From: the human T2T-CHM13v2.0 reference genome, Homo sapiens
DNA length: 64,000 nucleotides
Assembly (NCBI RefSeq): GCF_009914755.1
Contig: NC_060930.1
Strand: one strand, 5' to 3'
Of this stretch, positions 14,477-29,222 are shown piece after piece (positions within the stretch are counted from its first letter, which is position 1; the number at the start of each line of letters is the position of its first letter). The notes under the pieces were generated by a model. It saw nothing but the letters and a program-made list of their open reading frames with translations, did no database searches and was not told the DNA's origin. A program made the position numbers and the translations under genes.

Positions 14477-14707
14477 TAGCCTGGGCAACATGGTGAAACC
14501 CCATGTCCACCAAAAACACAAAAAATTAGCCGGGCGTGGTGGTGCATGGTTGTGGTACCAGCTACTCGGGAGGCTGAGGTGGGAGGATTGCTTGAGCCCA
14601 GGAGGTGGAAGCTGCAGTAAGCTGAAATCGGTGAGATGAGAAAATGTCCCTTCACTCCAGCCTGGGTGAAAGAGTGAAATCCCATCTCAATTAAAAAAAA
14701 AAAAAAA
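14477..14707 (+). mobile_element. 5'-truncated AluJ-like element carrying a 22-nt non-Alu insert
   Basis: Starts at AGCCTGGGCAACATGG; consensus CGCCACTG replaced by GTGAGATGAGAAAATGTCCCTT. Confidence 0.92.
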
Positions 14708-15574
14708 TCTGCCAGGCATGGTGGTTCACACCTGTAATCCCAGCACTTTGGGAGGCAGAGATGGGTGCATTGCTTGAGCCCAGGAGTTTGATACCAGCTT
14801 GGACAACACAGCGAAACCAGTCTCTACAAAAATAAAAAATTAGCTGGGCGTGGTGGTAGGTGCCTGTAGTCCCAACTATATTCAGGAGGTAGAGGTGGAA
14901 GGATCGCTTGAGCCTGGGAGGTCCAGGCTGCAGTGAGCTGTGATGGCGCCACTGTCACTGCATTCCAGCCTGGGTGACTGAGCGAGACCCTGTCTAAAAA
15001 AAGAGAAAGAAATCCCAGAAGCTCTTTGCACTCTACCCCGTTTGTTTATGGCAACTAGGCTGGCAGGATGTATCCCTAGGATCTTGACTCCCCAGTCTGT
15101 TGGCCAGGAATTGGGACCAGCTGCCTCTGCCTGCATCAACACCCTGCTTCCCTGCTGCCATCTGCTCCTCCACTGGGAACAATGAAAAGACAAGCTGCTG
15201 AACTCCAGGCCTGGGCACCCGGGACACCCATCTGGGTTTCCCTGGAATCCTGGGCACTTCCCATCCCCCTAACCTTGGGAGTTTCCCACCAGTGGGGATG
15301 CCAGACAGAGGGGAAAGAGGTGGGGCGGGTGGGGAGAAGAGGATCTGTGAGGCTGTGAAGAGGCAGAGACATTGCCGGGTGCAGCAGGGAAAGAGTGGAG
15401 GGGCTCACCAAGCCCCAGCCTGTGCAGGGCACCCCCTACTGCACAACTCCAGAAGGCCTCATTTCTACTGATGGGACTGACCACGTCAATATGAATGGGG
15501 CCACCCTCACTTGTGCTTGGGGAGGGCCCAGAAGCAGAAGGAAAAAAGAAGGGACATTTTCTCATCTCACCGAT
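14627..15574. repeat. Perfect 27-bp inverted repeat (arms 14627-14653 and 15548-15574, spacer 894 bp); one arm is the exon 10 5' splice site
   Basis: 14627-14653 ATCGGTGAGATGAGAAAATGTCCCTTC is the exact reverse complement of 15548-15574 GAAGGGACATTTTCTCATCTCACCGAT. Confidence 0.97.
14710..15010 (+). mobile_element. AluJ
   Basis: Full-length dimer directly after the previous Alu tail. Confidence 0.9.
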
Positions 15575-15675
15575 CGTAGTCGCCGTTGCAGAGGGCTCTC
15601 ACGGGAATGGAGAAAGTTTGCCAGACTGGATTTAGGGTGTTCTTCATGACCTCGGTCTTGTGGCAAATGGTGAAC
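15571..15675 (-). CDS. CPNE5: CPNE5 exon 10 (105 nt, phase 2-2): [34 protein letters not shown](R)
   Basis: Acceptor TTCACCAG, donor TCG|GTGAGA; C2B core [13 protein letters not shown]. Confidence 0.97.
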
Positions 15676-16134
15676 CTGGTGAAGAAGAAGAGAGGGAAAG
15701 GCTGTCAGGCCCAAACCCAAGGGAGGCGAATGCAGGTCAACAGAGGAGTCAGCTGGTTCACATCTCTGGTTCCTGGACGACGGAAATGATGGCTTCAAAA
15801 GGTGATGAGCTGCCCATCACTGACAGCAGCCAAGCTGATACTAGGCGGCCATTTGCTGGAGATCCTGCAGAAAGGGTTCCTGTACCAGGTGAGGACCTGG
15901 AGGTGGGGACAAGTCCCAGGGTGTCAGGAGCCCTGGGTTCTAGCCTCTGCTCTGGGGCCACCTCACCGTGTGACCTTGAGCAAGCTCTCCCCTCTCTGGG
16001 CCTCCAGCTCCTCACCTGTAAACGCAGGCAGTTACCCTCTATCAAAGATTCTCCATCTGCAATTCACAGAAGGATGAGCAGATGAACCTCAGGGGTCTGT
16101 GAACCCCGGAAACACTAGGAGAAATTAGATGTAT

Positions 16135-16520
16135 GGGTCATTTGTGCCTGCTGCTCCCCTGGCCTGGAATATTCTCTCCTCCGCTTCCATCTTTGTGACT
16201 CACTCCTCACTACCTTCAAACGCCATCTCCACGAAACCTCCCCTGACTACCGTATCTAAAATTGACAACTGCCTGGTCTCCTGCCTCTCACATCCCCTAG
16301 ACTCCTCCCAGACTTTTTTTTTTCTATTTCATTTGTCACCATTTGACATTTTGATATAGTCTATTTTTTCCTTATTTATTCTGCTCATGGTCTGTCACTA
16401 AAATGTAAGTTTCATAAAAGCAAGGATTTTTGTCTCTTTTGATCACTGGCACATCCCTAGTGCCTAGAACAGTGCCTGGCACTTCGTAGGTATTCAATAA
16501 TTCTTTTTAAATGAATCAAT
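16135..16520 (+). mobile_element. L2 3' region
   Basis: CCTGGAATATTCT ... CCTAGAACAGTGCCTGGCAC ... TCAATAA. Confidence 0.75.
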
Positions 16521-18375
16521 GTATTTCTTGGGGGGCGAGTTTCCATAGCTTTCACTGGTATGTCAATCCAATGAAATTAAAGCCCCTAACTTAGACGATC
16601 TTTAAGACCCTTTCTGCTTTTCCCATCTGAATCCATGAACCTGTTTTGCAAGCTAAAAGTTCAGAATTGACTTATCCCAGATGGGCCCGAATCTGGTGTC
16701 CCTGCCCATGCCCCACGCCATGCTTGGCTGGACCCATCCTGGAGGCCAGCCCTGCCACATGGATGGGCAGTCACTACCAGGGCTGAGCTGGGGGCAGGGG
16801 CGTCTCTCTGAGATCTCCCACAACCCGCCCCAGCTACATCTCTGGTTAGAAAGGTCACCCAAATAAGTGCCTGGGCTCCACCCATACCCACACAGCCGGT
16901 GTCATTTCTTCTTTGGCAATTTTCAAGTCAAAATGTCATTCTGTCACCATGGCTTAGCGTTTTTCTTCTCTGCTCCTTCTCGCCCACCCACTGGAGTGTG
17001 GAGATGCATGTGGGAGACCTCCCCACACACCTCAGAGCTGGTGGTGAGGATGGGAATGGGGATGGGAGCAGGAGGGGCCACAGCTGCCCCTGACTGGGGT
17101 AGGCAGGTGGGGCAGGAAGAGGAGCCTGGGGCAGTGGTGGGAGGGGAGCTGGAGGGACAACAAGGAGTAGGGAATGGGTGGTCCCAGAGGGATGGGGGAT
17201 GATACTGTGCAGAAGCCCTGCTAGGCTCCAAATACCACCCCCCAACCGTCACACAGACCCTTGTGGACCCTCTGCAGCCTCCCATCTCTGGAACCACTGA
17301 CTTCTCCCTTTCCCTCCTCTCGCTTGAGAGCCAAGCTTCACCAGGTGTTCTAAGTGATCAGGTACAGCTCCAGGGGCACAGCAGGTGCCTCCTTGCCTTG
17401 TCCCTCCTCCTGTGGCTGGTGTGACAGTTCCCTCTCCTGGCTCCCTCACTGACCTTCCTCCTAACTGGGGGTGTCTCTGCAGGCCTTCCACTCCTTTCCC
17501 GGCAAACCCTCAGTGACCACCCTGTTCTCACCAGCGCAGCCATCGCCCTTTCACAGGGGCGGGATACTGGCCCACCGCTAGGCGGGCCTCCGGATCAGTT
17601 TCTTCAGTGCTCCACGGGATCCCCTAGAAGGGATCAGTGTCTCCTTGCCCCCGGAATGCTCCAGCTCACACTTGGAATGAAACTTGCCCCCAAATAAACT
17701 CCCATGACCTCCCGGGTCTGATCAGACCAGTTCCCCTGCTGCTCTGCAAGCCCTCTGGGTTTCCTTGGCTCCACTGCCAGGAGAGGGCTCTGACTTTGGT
17801 CCCATCCAAGTCCGGCCGAGTGAGGTCCCCTCATTGTCCTTTTGCCCCCTTCCTCCCCTCCCCAGTTCCTTCCCCTGCATTTCCACGGCACAGCTCCAGG
17901 GTGGGAGCTGGTAGTACCTCCCACCTGTTCACCATGTCGGTCACGAGGCTCTCCCTTTCCCCGCACCCTCCCCACCCATCCTACACAGCGCTCTGCTAGA
18001 GCAATCTTTCCCAAGCACCCTTTGCAGTGCACCCCTCTCCTGCTCCCAAATCCCTCTCCTCCTCCCAGCCGGCCCCAGCCAGACAAGCCCAGCTTGACCC
18101 TGACTCTGCCTCCCTGGAGGGGGCCTGTGTGGACGCCCGGAACAATATGCAGGCCTTTTCCTCCCCAATATGAAGTCAAGTCAAAGTCAACAGAATTATT
18201 TAAAGAAATCCTTCTGGGAGTCCTTTGGTGAGACAAAGAATCCTTTTGTCATGCAAATAATCATACCTAATTTCCCTTGTTTTGTACGTTCAGGAAAACT
18301 GATTTTTAAATCAGTTTTCCCTTGAACTGAAACACACCTCCTCCTCGCTGCTCCCCTGCCTACCCCCCCCGCACC

Positions 18376-18399
18376 ACACACACACACACACACACACAC
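18376..18399. repeat. (CA)12 microsatellite
   Basis: Direct reading. Confidence 0.95.
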
Positions 18400-19451
18400 A
18401 ATTTCAAGGGGAATTGGATTGGGGGGACGGTCTTTCTGCCCTCTGGGCACACTTGCTTTGCCCAAACGTTTCTCCCTTCTCTAGCCCTTTATTCTTCCCT
18501 GCTTCCCCCACCCCCATGGCAGGGACCCATTTTCTTCCTCTCCTTTAAAACCCGCTTCCAATTTTCCCTTCTCCAGCAGCGCTTCTCTAATTAACCTCCC
18601 TGGCCCCATCGCTTCCTCATTCTGCAGAATCCCAGCCTGTAAGTGGCCACAGCCTGCCAGAATCATGGTGCTTAAAGAGACTGTGGAGACCACATAATCC
18701 AACTGGTTCATTTTACAGATGAGAAAACAGGCCCAGAGAGGGGTCTTCACTTGCCCAGGGTCACACAACAGGCTGCTGGGGAAGACCTAGGTCCCCAGAC
18801 CTTCCACCCAGAATCTGTCTCCCTGCATATATTACTGACCTACATTTGCCAACATGTTGTGTATGCTTCCATCTTATTGTGGGTGGCTTCTAGATTAGGG
18901 AGAAGAGAGGAGGAAATAGGGGCTTCAAAGTCTGGAGTTCCAAATGAAGCCTATGGCAGAGTGTGGGGCCGGGCAGCAGAAAGGGTCCAGACTGGCCCTG
19001 TTGTGTGGGCAGTAGCGGGGGGCCAGACTGGGGGCTGCTCAGAGGGCTGTGAGGACAGGGGGCTGGGCTTGGAGCTAGGAGCTGATTTGTGTAGAATGAA
19101 GGAGCTATCAGAGGTTTCCCATGAGGGACTGGCCCCCTATTCCTGCCCTAGCCCTGTTTTTGCCTAGTCCCCCCACCCTCCAAATACCTAGCTCCCACCA
19201 CTCAGTACTATTGCTGAGACCCACAGAATGGCACCACCAGCTTAGAGGCTGCTGCCACCTCCCACCGACCACACCTAGGTGCTCAGGGCACTACCCTGGG
19301 GCCCCGGACTTCCACCCAGAGCCCTTGCCCTCTCTAGAGCAGAAGGAGATGGGCCCAAGCCACCCTGCCTGGCAAGTCACCACCACCCGTCCGTCCTTGA
19401 CCCCAGAAGGGACGAGAAGGTGCAGTGCACAAGTGTCCCCAGAAAACTCAC

Positions 19452-19555
19452 GTTCCATCCTCGTTGCTTCTGTAGAATACCAAGAAGGGGTCAGATTTCC
19501 CAAAGAAATCTTTCTTGTCCAGCTTGTTGGCACAGAACTGCATGGTGGCGACATC
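19452..19555 (-). CDS. CPNE5: CPNE5 exon 9 (104 nt): [34 protein letters not shown](T), start of C2B
   Basis: Acceptor CACCAG, donor GTGAGT; copine signature [14 protein letters not shown]. Confidence 0.97.
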
Positions 19556-19759
19556 CTGGTGGGAGGGAGGGAGAACGGGGTGTGAGGCAGGAGAAAGTGG
19601 AAGCACAGCTCCCAGACCCCGGCAAGCATGAGGAGTCCAGGCACCAGCCCTGGTTGGAATGCACCGACTAAGTGCCAGGCCCTTATTCCATCCTCAGACG
19701 GCCCCCCAGCAGGCCTAGCAGACCACTTGGGTGGGGAAGCACATGGAGTCCACAGCTGC

Positions 19760-19940
19760 CCCAGTGTGAATCCTAGCTCTGCCACTTCCTCTGTGTGAAC
19801 TTGGGCAAGGTAGGTGACCTCTTGGAGCCTCAGTTTCCCCTCTGGAACATGGGGTTGATGATAGCACACATCTCGTGGGGTTTTCATGAGGACTAAATGA
19901 GATCAAGTGTGTGACATACTTGGCAGAGTGAGGCACGTGG
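19760..19940. mobile_element. MIR
   Basis: GAATCCTAGCTCTGCCACTT ... GCCTCAGTTTCCCC. Confidence 0.8.
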
Positions 19941-20485
19941 CAACCCCTTGATGGATGTGAACACACGTGGTTTCATTACACTTTCACTGAGTGGCTCGGA
20001 AAGGTGACATAGCAAACCCAAGGCCAGTCTGAGCTTGATCTGCAAGCCCCAAAGCCCTCTCTCTGGCCACATTGCCTCACCACCTCACACCTATGTGTGG
20101 TTCCTGGAGGAAGTTCGAGTTTTGGCATCACTTTCACACCCACCAACTCATGAGAGGCTCACCCAATGCTCTCAGGTAGATACAGTGGGGTCTGTGGCCC
20201 ATTTCACAGCTAAGAAGCCAAAGGCTTAGAGCAGGGAGTGGCTTCCCCAAGTTCACCAAGCAGAGCCCACCTGCTGAGTCCCCAGCCCTGCTCCCTGCCC
20301 CAGCTGACCCAACACGCAGAGGTGTCCCGGCCCTGGTGAGGATCTCTGGACCCCTCAGCCCCTCAGCTCTCTGGGGCCAACGGGGCACTGGGCAGAGATG
20401 TCCCTGTTGTCCCCTTCACCCCTCCCGTGTGGCCTCTGCAATTTGAAAACTCTGCATCCTGACAAATCACCTTCGAGCCAGCTGA

Positions 20486-20860
<375 letters not shown>

Positions 20861-22279
20861 CCCCCTTCCTCTTAATGAGGGGGAGTGTCTTGAGAAGGGT
20901 GACCCACAGCCCAGTGAGGGCCAAAACGGTGGCAGAGAAGAAGACGTAGCTCCCATGAAGTTGAAGGACTCAGTGACAAGGTTCAGCGGTGGCTACGGTG
21001 GTTAGGAATACGGCTGCTGGAGCCAGGCTGCCTACTTCAGTCCCAATCCCATCCCTCCTTAGCTGCGTGACTTAAGGCAAGTTATTCACCCTCTGTGTGC
21101 TCAGTTTCCCTACTTATAAAATGGAGGTAATGGCAGTGCCCATCTCATAGGCTCGTGAGATAAAGTGAGTTAACAGGAGTACAGCGCTGTGTGCGTGTGA
21201 GCTGTTATTATTTGAACACCTGTTTCCCCGCCCAGCCACAGTGTGTGTGACCTCTGTCCCTGCCCCACTCCCACCTCCAGCACCTCACTTGCCTTCCCTC
21301 GGGGACATCTGATGACAACAAACACAGCCTCCATTCATTCACTCACTCACTCATTCATTCAACATTTATTAGATGCCGTCTGTGTAGGACAGTCACTGAG
21401 CTCAGCACTTTACACCCCTTATCATATTTAGTCCTCAAAATAATCCTTTGTTACTTTTTACAAATGAGGAAGCTGGAGGTTGGAGAAGTTAGGTGACCTG
21501 ACCGAGATCACCAGCTGGTAACTGGTAAAGCAGAAAATTCACACATAAATAAACTAATTTCAAAGTCATGCCTCTTCCAGTACCACTCTGCCCCCCTGAG
21601 AGAGAACAAATTACATTTCACCACTTCCCTGTTTTCTTTAGAATCGGCTGATTTCTTCAGACTCTGGGCTTGCCTGGGCAGGGAGGGGCTGCATTCCGGT
21701 TACCCTGGGATGGGGAAGAGGCTGTAAGCACGGGTGGTGCTGGAGACAGAATGACCTGCCCAAGGAGGTGCCCAGGTAATGACGACTTTTATTATGCCTC
21801 TCATCATCGCCCACCAGACAGGGAGAAGGAAGCTGGACTGGGGGCTTCCAAGGCCCTAGAAGCTCCAAGAATCCTGGAGCCTCCAGAGAAATCTAGGACC
21901 TCAGGCCCTGAATAAAAGAACAGCTGACTTACTGAGCACTTACTAGATGCTAGGACCTGTGTTAAGCCTTCATACTTTATACAACCATACAAAATAACTC
22001 TTGTTTCCCTATTTTACAGATGAAGAAACTGAGGTTTTTAGAGGTTAAATCATATGCCTAAAGTCCTAGAGTGCATAACTCAGACAGTCAGATTTCAGAG
22101 TTTTCACTCTTATCCCTCCAGAAAAGTCCCTAGGCTTCTAAAGCAGCAGGGCAGGCACACCCTCCTCAGGAGAAAGTTCTAATCCCGTCCCATGCTGGAT
22201 GGAAGGAACACTTTAAATGCCCCCCTAGGGAGCCCCATCCATGTCCTGGGACAGGGATGTGGCCCAGGACTTGATGGGC

Positions 22280-22441
22280 TACTCGCTGGCTGTATAAATT
22301 GTGGGGCCCAGAGCAAAGGGAAAACGTGGGGCCCCCTGTTCAAAAACAATCAGGAGATTCAAGATAGTGACAGCAGAGCATTAAACCAAGCACAGGTCCC
22401 CGTGTGACTACACAGGCCACACGCCTCTGCAGCTGGCCCTG
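22280..22441. mobile_element. hAT-Tip100 element (MER45A-like)
   Basis: GTGGGGCCCAG ... GACAGCAGAGCATTAAACCAAGC ... GCTGGCCCTG. Confidence 0.65.
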
Positions 22442-23120
22442 TCTCCTTCCCACAGAGGTGACCCGCAGTGGCATCAGAAAACCACCAAGAGAGGCCCAGA
22501 TTCCCAGGGGAGCAGCGGGGATGGCCCCAGCAAGGAACTCAGAGCTCAGAGCTCTAGTCCTGGCTCTGCATAGCCTTGAGCAGGTCACTCAAGCTCTCAG
22601 AGCCTCAGTTTCCTCGTCTGTGGAGCGTGGAATGGGATGACCACCACAATCCTTTTAAGCTGAGCAGTAGGTGCCACATGGGGAACACTGAAATAGCCAT
22701 CTCTTGTGGGGAGCAGTGGCACTCAGGGGACAGTGAGAAAGCCAGGATCCCCCCAGCCTTCCCAGCCCTGGCCAGGGTTTGGTTGTCATCATCATGATCT
22801 CGCACGAATCTGGAAGTCGCCTGAGTGACATTCTTACCTGAAGAAACACAGGCAAGCCACCCAGGACCTGTTCAGCCTGCACTGGTTGACTATAAAATGC
22901 ATACACTTGAAACAACCAAACAGAGGCCACAAAATCCAGAGGCAACAGCTCTTAGTTTTGCTTCCTAGGAACCCCTCAGGCCCTGTGAGATCAGGAATGG
23001 GGGAGAAATATTAGAAAAAATGAAAGAACTTGACAGGCCATAAGTTCCAGGGACATTCAGTGCTCCACTGGGAGGGCTGCTGTCTCAGCCTAGCACCCGA
23101 TGGCGAAAAATGGCACAAAG

Positions 23121-23414
<294 letters not shown>

Positions 23415-23468
<54 letters not shown>
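23415..23468. repeat. Perfect (AC)27 microsatellite
   Basis: Direct reading. Confidence 0.97.
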
Positions 23469-23472
<4 letters not shown>

Positions 23473-23584
23473 CGGCACAAAGGAGCCAAGGGCCACCTGG
23501 TTGGAATCCTAGCTCTGCCACCTCCCGGCTGAGCAGCTCCTAGTGGGTAACTTAACCTCTCTGAGGCTGGGTAATGTAGAAGAA

Positions 23585-23600
23585 TAGCGCCCCCTTGTGA
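23585..23600 (-). promoter_or_regulatory. CTCF-like motif TCACAAGGGGGCGCTA
   Basis: Close to CTCF core CCACCAGGGGGCGC (2 differences); occupancy unknown. Confidence 0.4.
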
Positions 23601-23698
23601 GCCTGTGGAGAAGGCGAAAGGAGATGGCCTGTGTCACATCCTGGTCCACAGTGCCTCACACAGAGCAGGAGGTAACACTTGCAGAGTGCCACCTCATA

Positions 23699-24411
<713 letters not shown>

Positions 24412-25258
24412 TATTATTCCCATTTTAAAGATGAGGAAACCAAAGCACAGAGAGGTTAACACCCTTGCTTAAAGTCACACAGCTAGCAAGAGGCGCTAAG
24501 ATGGGAACAAGACAGTCTGGCTCCAAAGATTAATAACTGAGATTCCAAATGATGACCTCAAGTCATCAAGATAAGTTTAATTACATTCCAACCTCAGTTT
24601 GAGAAGTCAGAGAAGTGTGAAATCCATTTTAGAAAGGCCTCTGTGCAAACCAGTTAAAATTAAAAACAAAAAAAGGATTGGCTCTGAAACTCAGCTAACT
24701 GGAAAAATCCGCCAGTGTGCAACACTTTCTCCCTCTAACCCTGATGGCAGATAAGTGAGGCATTGCTGGGGGGTTGGCAGCTGATTTTGTTCCTTAGCCT
24801 TATCTGCCCTCCCTAATACAATCTAGACCCAGAAACATTTGCCAAAAGTCCACTGTGATCATCTGCATTGTTGCACCATTGTAGACTCCGTGGGGGATAA
24901 AACAGGCCTTCAGAGAAATTTCTAGACTGAAACGAAGGCAAGCTTCCTCCCTAATGGGTACCCATGCCACAGGGAAGTCCTTGAGACAAAGAGTGTGTAA
25001 CTAACCGCCTGGGGGCTGTGCCTTGGAAGGTCACTCTGCCTTTCGTCAACAGTCATAGGAACAAGTGGGAGCTTGTGAATGGTTCAACCCCTTGATATAT
25101 GTGTGAACCCAAGAAGAGGCTGGAGAAAGTGGCAATAAGATGGACAGGGCCAGCAGGATAACAGAGCAGCAAATTCTGGCTGAGGGTCAGAGGTTCAGCT
25201 ATTTGACAGCCTCAGCCTGAGAGTCGTGCTCTCTGAGCACATGAAATGCCGTCCCCTT

Positions 25259-25567
<309 letters not shown>

Positions 25568-25914
25568 AAATGCCATTCCCACCAGAAACATCACTGGAAT
25601 CAATCACAGAGAAGATAAAGCAGCTCCTGCAATATATAATTTCCTACAATTTCTGTCTTTCACCCTATCTTTTTAAAAAACATATTAAGTTCTTCTAAAA
25701 CATCAGGATTGCCTCCATTTGCATCTCTCCGCATGTTAATGGGGCTGCTGGGGAGATTATAGCAGACAGCCTTGCTCTCCAGAGTGGCCTGGTCTGCTCT
25801 GGCATCTTAGACCTCCCTCCCCTGAAGAGGGCTGTGAAGGTTGGAGGTCAGGGGGAGAACAGAAGAAGGCTGTTGGGTCTCAATGGCAGCTTCCAGATTC
25901 AGAACAAGTATGAG

Positions 25915-26045
25915 GTGTGTGCAAAATTTAAAGGGGGCTCAAAATTTCGGTCATCAAAAAATTTTTTTTAATGTGACATTTAAAAAATCAAAATCAATGC
26001 AAAAGCTATAATAAACAGAATATCAAAATTTTAAATGAAGACATT
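25915..26045. mobile_element. Probable hAT-Tip100 fragment (Arthur1-like)
   Basis: GCAAAATTTAAAGGGGG ... AAAATCAAAATCAATGCAAAA ... TATCAAAATTTTAAAT. Confidence 0.45.
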
Positions 26046-26186
26046 TTATAAGTGAAGCAGAGGCACAGAAAAGTAACTTGCCCAGGGTCACATAGGGAGT
26101 AAGCAATGGCTTTTGGTCTGGATCCAAAGCTCAAGTTCTTAATCACCGTGCCTTACAACTTACATGCCCTAAGAAGCACTTTTAAA

Positions 26187-26634
<448 letters not shown>

Positions 26635-27149
26635 TTTAAAAAGAAGGACCACGGTACATTTATTTTCTTCTCCTTAAAATGTGCTGGATTTTCCAAATCT
26701 CCTAGAATTAACATATTGTCTTTTTTAGTCAGAAAAAAATAAGACATCAATGAAAAAGAAAAGGAATCAGCACTCCAGTAGGAGGAAACACACCAGGAGC
26801 TGGGGGTGATTCTGTGAGTAGGGCCCTCTAGGAGGAGGAGCCTGGAGCTGGGCTCACGGGATAGGATGGCAGAAGCAGGAAACCTGGGGCGTCAGCGAAC
26901 ACCCCACAGGCTGGAGGTTATTCATACACAGATGGTGGGCACAGAAGCTGGTCTGAGAGACTGGGCCTGTCTTTATGCATTGACTGTAATAACCATGTTG
27001 AGGCCAAGCTAGCTTTTCTTTGTTGTCTTAATGACTGACTTCCCAAACAATCCAATCAGTTGTGCATCTGTTGATTTGGTCATTCAGAGGCTGAAAACCC
27101 CAGACTGACCGTTTTCCCTCCCACTCACCGAGCCTGTGTTTCTGGGATA

Positions 27150-27545
27150 CTAACCAAAATCCATCAACTGATGTTCAAAAGAAAAACAGGACGATTTGGA
27201 TATGAGGATGTTCACTACAGTATTATTTATATTGTTTCCTAAAAAGAACAGCTTTGATAAATTATAGCCCATCCATACAATAGAGAAATAACATGCGGCT
27301 ATTAAGTGCATGTTTTCTAAAAATGTATAATGATACAGGAAAAGGCAGGCTATAAAACTGGATACTATATTATATCAATTATAAGAAAAATTACGTACAT
27401 GGACACTCAGCAAGAAAGCCTTGGAGGAAGCACATCAAAATGTCAACAGTGATTATCTCTGGGTGACTTTTCCATGCTGTTTATATTTTTCTGTATTTTC
27501 CAATTTGTCCATAATGAATATGTTATTTTTTTTTAGCATCAGGAA
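27150..27545 (+). mobile_element. Old L1 (ME-type) 3' relic
   Basis: AT-rich; GGATGTTCACTACAGTATT ... AACAGTGATTATCTCTGGGTG. Confidence 0.55.
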
Positions 27546-28629
27546 GAAATGCTTTTGCTTTGTTTTGGCTTTTTAAAAGCCAGATAGATTATTTCTAAGA
27601 CCAAAAAAATTCAAACTAACCTTAAGAAGGGTGATGTTTGAATGCTGGTTACACGGGATGCTCATATCGGTCTCAGCCACAACACACGACTCTCCTATGT
27701 ATCAACCTGCATACTTCCGAGTCTCAGAGAACCTTCACCACCTCCCCCACTTACTTTGACTCTTCCTTCTCATCTCTCTTTCTCCATGGCTCTTCCTTCT
27801 TCCCTCATCTTTCAGGTAGAGAAACTGGCCTCTCCCTGAAGCTTATCTTTGGAAAAACAAAAGTTTTGATTGTGTTGGGATCCAGGCTGCTAAGTTCCCC
27901 AGCTATGAGGTCCCACACAATCTGGCCCCAACTCCCACCATCACCACCCACAGTCTCATCTTTCCGATTCCTCATCCATCACTCCTGCCCCAGGGCCTTT
28001 GCACTGGCTGTTCTGTCTGCTTGGACCAATATTCCCCAGGTAACTGGAAGGGTTCATTCTCCCACCTGTCTATATATATTGGCATATTACATAGTATCTA
28101 CACATTTTCCTTCGGGATAGTCAAGAGTGTGATAAAATAGTTGTTGTAAGAAGAGGCGCTGGATCTGCCAGGGCTGAGGACCACTGCTCTCATGTGATTG
28201 CCGGTTGGCATTTCCATCTCTCATACTAAATTAAAAATTCTGGGACAGCAGGGACTCAGTCAAAGCATATTTCCTGAACTGAAATGAAAGAATACATGAG
28301 CACGCTGGTGACACCTAAGGGGTGGGGAGGCCCCCGGGGCAGTTATGGTGTGAAGTTATAACTCCCTTTGCAGGAGAGAGATGAGGCACACCCTTCTTCC
28401 TCCATCACTGCCTCCTCCATGACCACCGCCACCATCCTGGCTGGGACGGCCAGTCAGGTGGAAGGACCTGACTAGGAGGTGGTAAAGACGTACTATCCTG
28501 AGCCGGGAAGTCCTGACTCCAGAGCAAGGCAGGTCTGGGTGGCTGACAGGTCTCTAGGGGGAACCAAGGGGCTGGGAAGTGGAGGGCAAAGAGCTATCCA
28601 ACCCTCTGTATTGACAACAACCCCTACCT

Positions 28630-28941
28630 TTTCTTTTTTTTTTTTTTTTGACAGGGTCTCACTCTGTTCCCCAGGCTTCAGTGCACTGGTGCAATCATGG
28701 TTCACTGCAGCTTTGACCTCCCAAGCTCAAGTGACCCTCCTACCCCAGCCTCCTGATTAGCTGGGACCACAGGCGTGCACCACCACACCCTGCTAATTTA
28801 AAAAAATTTTTTTGTAGAGATGGTCGGGGGGGGGTCTCACTATGATGTCCAGGCTGGTCTCGAACTCCTGAGCTCAAGCTATTCTCCTGCCTTGCTCAGC
28901 CTCGCAAAGTGCTGGGATTATAGGCGTGAACCCCAACCTCC
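28630..28941 (-). mobile_element. AluJ
   Basis: Antisense Alu consensus. Confidence 0.9.
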
Positions 28942-29222
28942 ACTGCTCAAAGCCACCCTGCCTGCTGAGGGCAGTAGCCCCACAAGGGACAGAAGGTCGG
29001 TGACTGTTCCCTGTACCGTGAGGGCTCGAGGCTCCAGGGGTGAGGGAAAGACTGAGGATTAGGAGTTCCAAGGCCTGAGCTAGAATCCCAGCAATCTTAG
29101 GCAGACCACTAACTTCTCTGCATCCGTAAAACAGGGTTACTCACACCCACCCAGCCCCCCAGCCTTGCAGTCAGAATCAAATAAGACTAAATAAGAGGGT
29201 CTCGGTAAACCAATGTTGGCCA

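Noticed and set aside
17530-17660. CpG island or internal promoter
   Set aside because: A GC box and a handful of CpGs in about 130 bp is too little to call; no canonical CpG island was seen in the window.
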